DNA from: Dehalococcoidia bacterium
GTDB lineage: Bacteria > Chloroflexota > Dehalococcoidia > UBA6926
Direction of reading: 5' to 3'
Length of the DNA: 64,000 nucleotides
Assembly (NCBI GenBank): GCA_009841045.1
Contig: VXMO01000010.1
Coordinates: 6,544-70,543, forward strand
The position numbers and the translations under genes were made by a program. Shown here one piece after another: positions 61,326 to 64,000 of the stretch (within the stretch, counting starts at the first letter, position 1; each line of letters starts with the position of its first letter). The notes under the pieces are model-generated. The model was not told where the DNA came from. It did no database searches and saw only the letters and a list, made by a program, of their open reading frames with translations.

Positions 61326-61678
61326 GGTTTCTCGTTGATCGGTGTGCCGGTCGGCGATTAGCTGAGTGGTTACGCTCCGAAGGGCACGATGTCTTTGAAG
61401 CGATTCAAGTCAATCCAGACCCGGGAGACCAGGCACTCCTGGAACTTGCGGCAACTCAAAATCGAGTCTTCATCACTATTGACACTGATTTTGGTGAACT
61501 GATTTTCCTCCACGGAGTGGCTCATGCGGGACTGGTCCGCCTGCCTGATGTCCCATCAGAGCGGCGAATCGAGTTGATGACAGAAATCATTACACGCTAC
61601 AGCACTCAGTTAGAGGAGCGCGCCATCATCACAGTAACTGGCAATCGTATAAGGATTACGCCCAGTACAGTTAACTGA
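61322..61678 (+). CDS. DUF5615 / PIN-like (Mut7-C-like) protein (toxin-like).
   Basis: MRFLVDRCAG...FITIDTDFG acidic-residue pattern of PIN-like DUF5615. Overlaps the DUF433 gene (GTGA). Confidence 0.65.
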   Translation: MRFLVDRCAGRRLAEWLRSEGHDVFEAIQVNPDPGDQALLELAATQNRVFITIDTDFGELIFLHGVAHAGLVRLPDVPSERRIELMTEIITRYSTQLEERAIITVTGNRIRITPSTVN

Positions 61679-61689
61679 AGTGAGAGGCG

Positions 61690-61735
61690 CTCGGCCTCAC
61701 CTCCGCAGAAATAGAGGCGCTAGCGGCGGAGGGGG
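61690..61735 (+). repeat. R2 direct repeat, copy 2 (non-coding remnant of the CoA-transferase 3' end).
   Basis: See copy 1 at 60976-61021. Confidence 0.55.
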
Positions 61736-61796
61736 TATTGCCGTAAGAGGAGAGCTAGTAAAATGGCTTGAGCAATAGTTATATCGGGGGAATATT

Positions 61797-62939
61797 GTGC
61801 GAATTTCGCGTCCAGCCGTCGAGATCATTCAAGGGAATCTCAAACTCTATCTCACTTACCTGACCCCACGGGACTTGGATGAGGAAGGTTTCTACGAAGT
61901 AGACAAGCTGGATGCCACGCCCGGCGCAAGCAAAGGCTACCAGAGGATCTTGAACGAACGCCGTGTCGGTGCACTCGACCGCTACTTGAGGGAGGCGCAC
62001 GAGCACGGCTATGCGAATCTTCCAACCACAGTCTTCTTGGCTACCGAAGGTAAGGTAAGGTATAACGAAGATAAGGGAGTGATTTCCTTTGATACAAAGA
62101 ATGTTTGCCCATTTAATGTTGTCGATGGCCAGCATCGAATTGAGGGGCTTCGCCGAGCGAGCAGGACGGACAATGACCTTCGATCATTTCGGCTCCCTGT
62201 AACTATTGCCACTGGCCTCGATGAGGCCCACCAGATGTACCATTTCTTTGTAGTGAATACAACACAGGTTCCTGTTGATCAGTCGCTACAGCAACAAATA
62301 GCCGCTAGATTCGAAGACATGAATCGGGTGGAGAAACTCCCATACATTCCACATTGGCTTCAGCATCGAGTGCACACAGGACGGGATCAACGGGCTCTGC
62401 AAATTGTCACAAAGCTCAATACTCATCGAAAATCCCCTATGAAGGGCCGTATACAGATGGCCAACGATCCAGAAGGTGGCCGCAATAAGATCAAGCAATC
62501 CTCAATTGTGAAGATCATACAAGATCAGGTGTTGACCTCAGGCAATCCACTTGAAGGCAACGAAACCTCCGCGGACGTCCAAGGGAACATTCTATTGAAC
62601 TTGTGGATTGCCATCGACAAACTCTTCGTCGATGGTCGAAATAGAGATGACACTGTAATCTACAAGAGCAACGGCCTATTTTGGGGCTTTGGCATTTCGA
62701 GATGGGTTTTCAACGTGCTCTACTCAAGCACAGATAACTTTACTGTCGATTCCATAACAAAGACGATTCAACAAGGGCTCGACGAGTTACCTGATGAGGC
62801 GGCGGCTATAGCAAGCCCTGATTGGTGGCTGTCCGGTGGAGGAAGGGCCAGTGCTCTGAACAGAGCTAATGCGCGGGTTTACATTGAAGCCTTCAGACAA
62901 GGTCTCGCGAAGGCTCGAAACCGCGAGATTCGGGTATGA
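61797..62939 (+). CDS. DGQHR domain protein (DndB family). Low GC.
   Basis: NVVDGQHRIEGL contains the eponymous DGQHR motif. GTG start with a GGGGGA Shine-Dalgarno; 380 aa; GC about 50%. Confidence 0.75.
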   Translation: MRISRPAVEIIQGNLKLYLTYLTPRDLDEEGFYEVDKLDATPGASKGYQRILNERRVGALDRYLREAHEHGYANLPTTVFLATEGKVRYNEDKGVISFDTKNVCPFNVVDGQHRIEGLRRASRTDNDLRSFRLPVTIATGLDEAHQMYHFFVVNTTQVPVDQSLQQQIAARFEDMNRVEKLPYIPHWLQHRVHTGRDQRALQIVTKLNTHRKSPMKGRIQMANDPEGGRNKIKQSSIVKIIQDQVLTSGNPLEGNETSADVQGNILLNLWIAIDKLFVDGRNRDDTVIYKSNGLFWGFGISRWVFNVLYSSTDNFTVDSITKTIQQGLDELPDEAAAIASPDWWLSGGGRASALNRANARVYIEAFRQGLAKARNREIRV

Positions 62940-63268
62940 TTCTTAGAGCACTGACCTCAGAAATGACTGATCGGGTGGCATTCCGCCTGAATCATTTGCG
63001 CTTTGTACCCGAGGAGTCGGGCTGCTATGCACTGGCAAGCATTGACGAAATCGTTCTCTATGTGGGAAAGACCACGAACTTACATCGCAGGCTAGAAGAT
63101 CACTTGTCCGATCCCGAAAAAACTGGCATCACACCCAGCGGTAGAGCGGTTTGGTTTTACTACGGATTCTGGCCAGAAGAACGCATCGAACATGTCGAGA
63201 TGCAACTCTTGCGCGATCACAAGATGGTTGAGGGCGTCTGGCCAATATTGAACAAGACTGGCCCTTGA
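62936..63268 (+). CDS. Small GIY-YIG nuclease domain protein.
   Basis: GCYALASIDEIVLYVGKTTNLHRRLEDHL matches GIY...YIG plus the conserved Arg/Glu region. ATG overlaps the DGQHR stop (ATGA). 110 aa. Confidence 0.75.
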   Translation: MILRALTSEMTDRVAFRLNHLRFVPEESGCYALASIDEIVLYVGKTTNLHRRLEDHLSDPEKTGITPSGRAVWFYYGFWPEERIEHVEMQLLRDHKMVEGVWPILNKTGP

Positions 63269-63283
63269 CTTGGATGCGACAGG

Positions 63284-63829
63284 ATGTCCAAGTTGCGCAA
63301 GCTCATACTCTATTCGGCGATGAGCCTGGACGGATATATCGCGGGGCCGAACGGTGAGATTGATTGGCTGGATGCGGCAGGCGTTGACAGCGATTACGGT
63401 TACGGGGATTTCTACGGCTCCATCGATACCACGCTGATGGGGCGCGCCACCTACGAGATCTCGCAGACCGTGGATGAGTTCCCCTACCCGGATAAGACCA
63501 ACTATGTCTTCACCCGGAACTCCGCCCTGGCTGACACGGCGCGTGTCCGCTTCATCACCAGCGACGTGGTCGACTTTACTCGACGCCTCAAGGAAGAGGC
63601 CGGCGGAGACATTTGGCTGGTTGGCGGAGGCCAGATCAACGCAATCTTGCTGAACGCGGAACTAATCGATGAGGTGATTCTAACGGTCTTTCCACTGCTC
63701 CTTGGCGACGGCATTCCGCTGTTTGCTCCGGGCGCCCGTCGCACAGCTTTCACAACTATTGGGTGCCACACATATGAGAGCGGCATCATCCAATGGCATT
63801 TGACACCCGCATACGAGCCAGCATCATAG
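63284..63829 (+). CDS. Dihydrofolate reductase family protein (RibD C-terminal domain-like).
   Basis: LILYSAMSLDGYIAGPNGEIDWL...WLVGGGQ. Confidence 0.8.
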   Translation: MSKLRKLILYSAMSLDGYIAGPNGEIDWLDAAGVDSDYGYGDFYGSIDTTLMGRATYEISQTVDEFPYPDKTNYVFTRNSALADTARVRFITSDVVDFTRRLKEEAGGDIWLVGGGQINAILLNAELIDEVILTVFPLLLGDGIPLFAPGARRTAFTTIGCHTYESGIIQWHLTPAYEPAS

Positions 63830-63874
63830 CGGCAGGCGTATACAATCACACGACAACGAGAGGAAAACGCTTCC

Positions 63875-64000
63875 ATGCCAAACATTGAGTTCTATCACTG
63901 GACGACTTGAAACACGTGCAAGACGGCGAAGGCGGCGCTTTCGCAGGCAGGGCATGAGTTTGCTGAGCGTGACTTCTTCAAGGACCGGTTCAGCAAGGAT
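63875..64000 (+). CDS. ArsC/Spx-family thioredoxin-fold protein, 3'-truncated, with an in-frame TGA at 63908-63910 at the first Cys position of the CxxC motif (candidate selenoprotein).
   Basis: ATG 63875 has a GAGAGGA Shine-Dalgarno. Translation is MPNIEFYHWTT-(TGA)-NTCKTAKAALSQAGHEFAERDFFKDRFSKD. The frame stays open to the window end and aligns with the Spx/ArsC start YxxxxCxxCRKAxxxL, with U replacing the first Cys. Confidence 0.5.

Noticed and set aside
63885-63920. Treating TGA 63908-63910 as an ordinary stop, giving an 11-aa peptide.
   Set aside because: The downstream frame continues with a highly ArsC/Spx-like sequence and there is no in-frame restart codon. Sec recoding is more parsimonious, but unproven.

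Overview
High-GC (~65%) bacterial chromosomal segment, probably from a Chloroflexi- or Actinobacteria-like genome, with dense coding on both strands. Housekeeping content: 3' part of a single-chain glycine dehydrogenase (gcvP), groES-groEL behind a perfect CIRCE operator, tsaD, tilS, purF-purM-purH, argD, argB and argJ, gyrA, pyrC-carA-carB-pyrK, and a 7-gene acyl-CoA metabolism operon. Between these sit accessory and lower-GC islets: a vapBC toxin-antitoxin pair with a candidate operator; a DNA methyltransferase fused to an Mrr-like nuclease domain; a NucS-like PD-(D/E)xK nuclease gene; a phage Gp37/Gp68 plus TcmP-like pair behind a consensus sigma70 promoter; two toxin-antitoxin-like modules (DUF4258/DUF2283 and DUF433/DUF5615) each flanked by direct repeats copied from the 5' and 3' ends of a tandem CoA-transferase gene; a compact DGQHR (DndB-family) plus GIY-YIG nuclease two-gene module; and, at the window edge, an ArsC/Spx-family gene with an in-frame TGA at the first Cys of the CxxC motif (candidate selenoprotein). 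A family of short hairpin repeats (consensus GGATTCCCGCTTTCGCGGGAATGAC) occurs four times in + strand intergenic regions. No rRNA, tRNA, CRISPR array or transposase was recognised. All calls are from reading the sequence and translations by eye; no database search was run.
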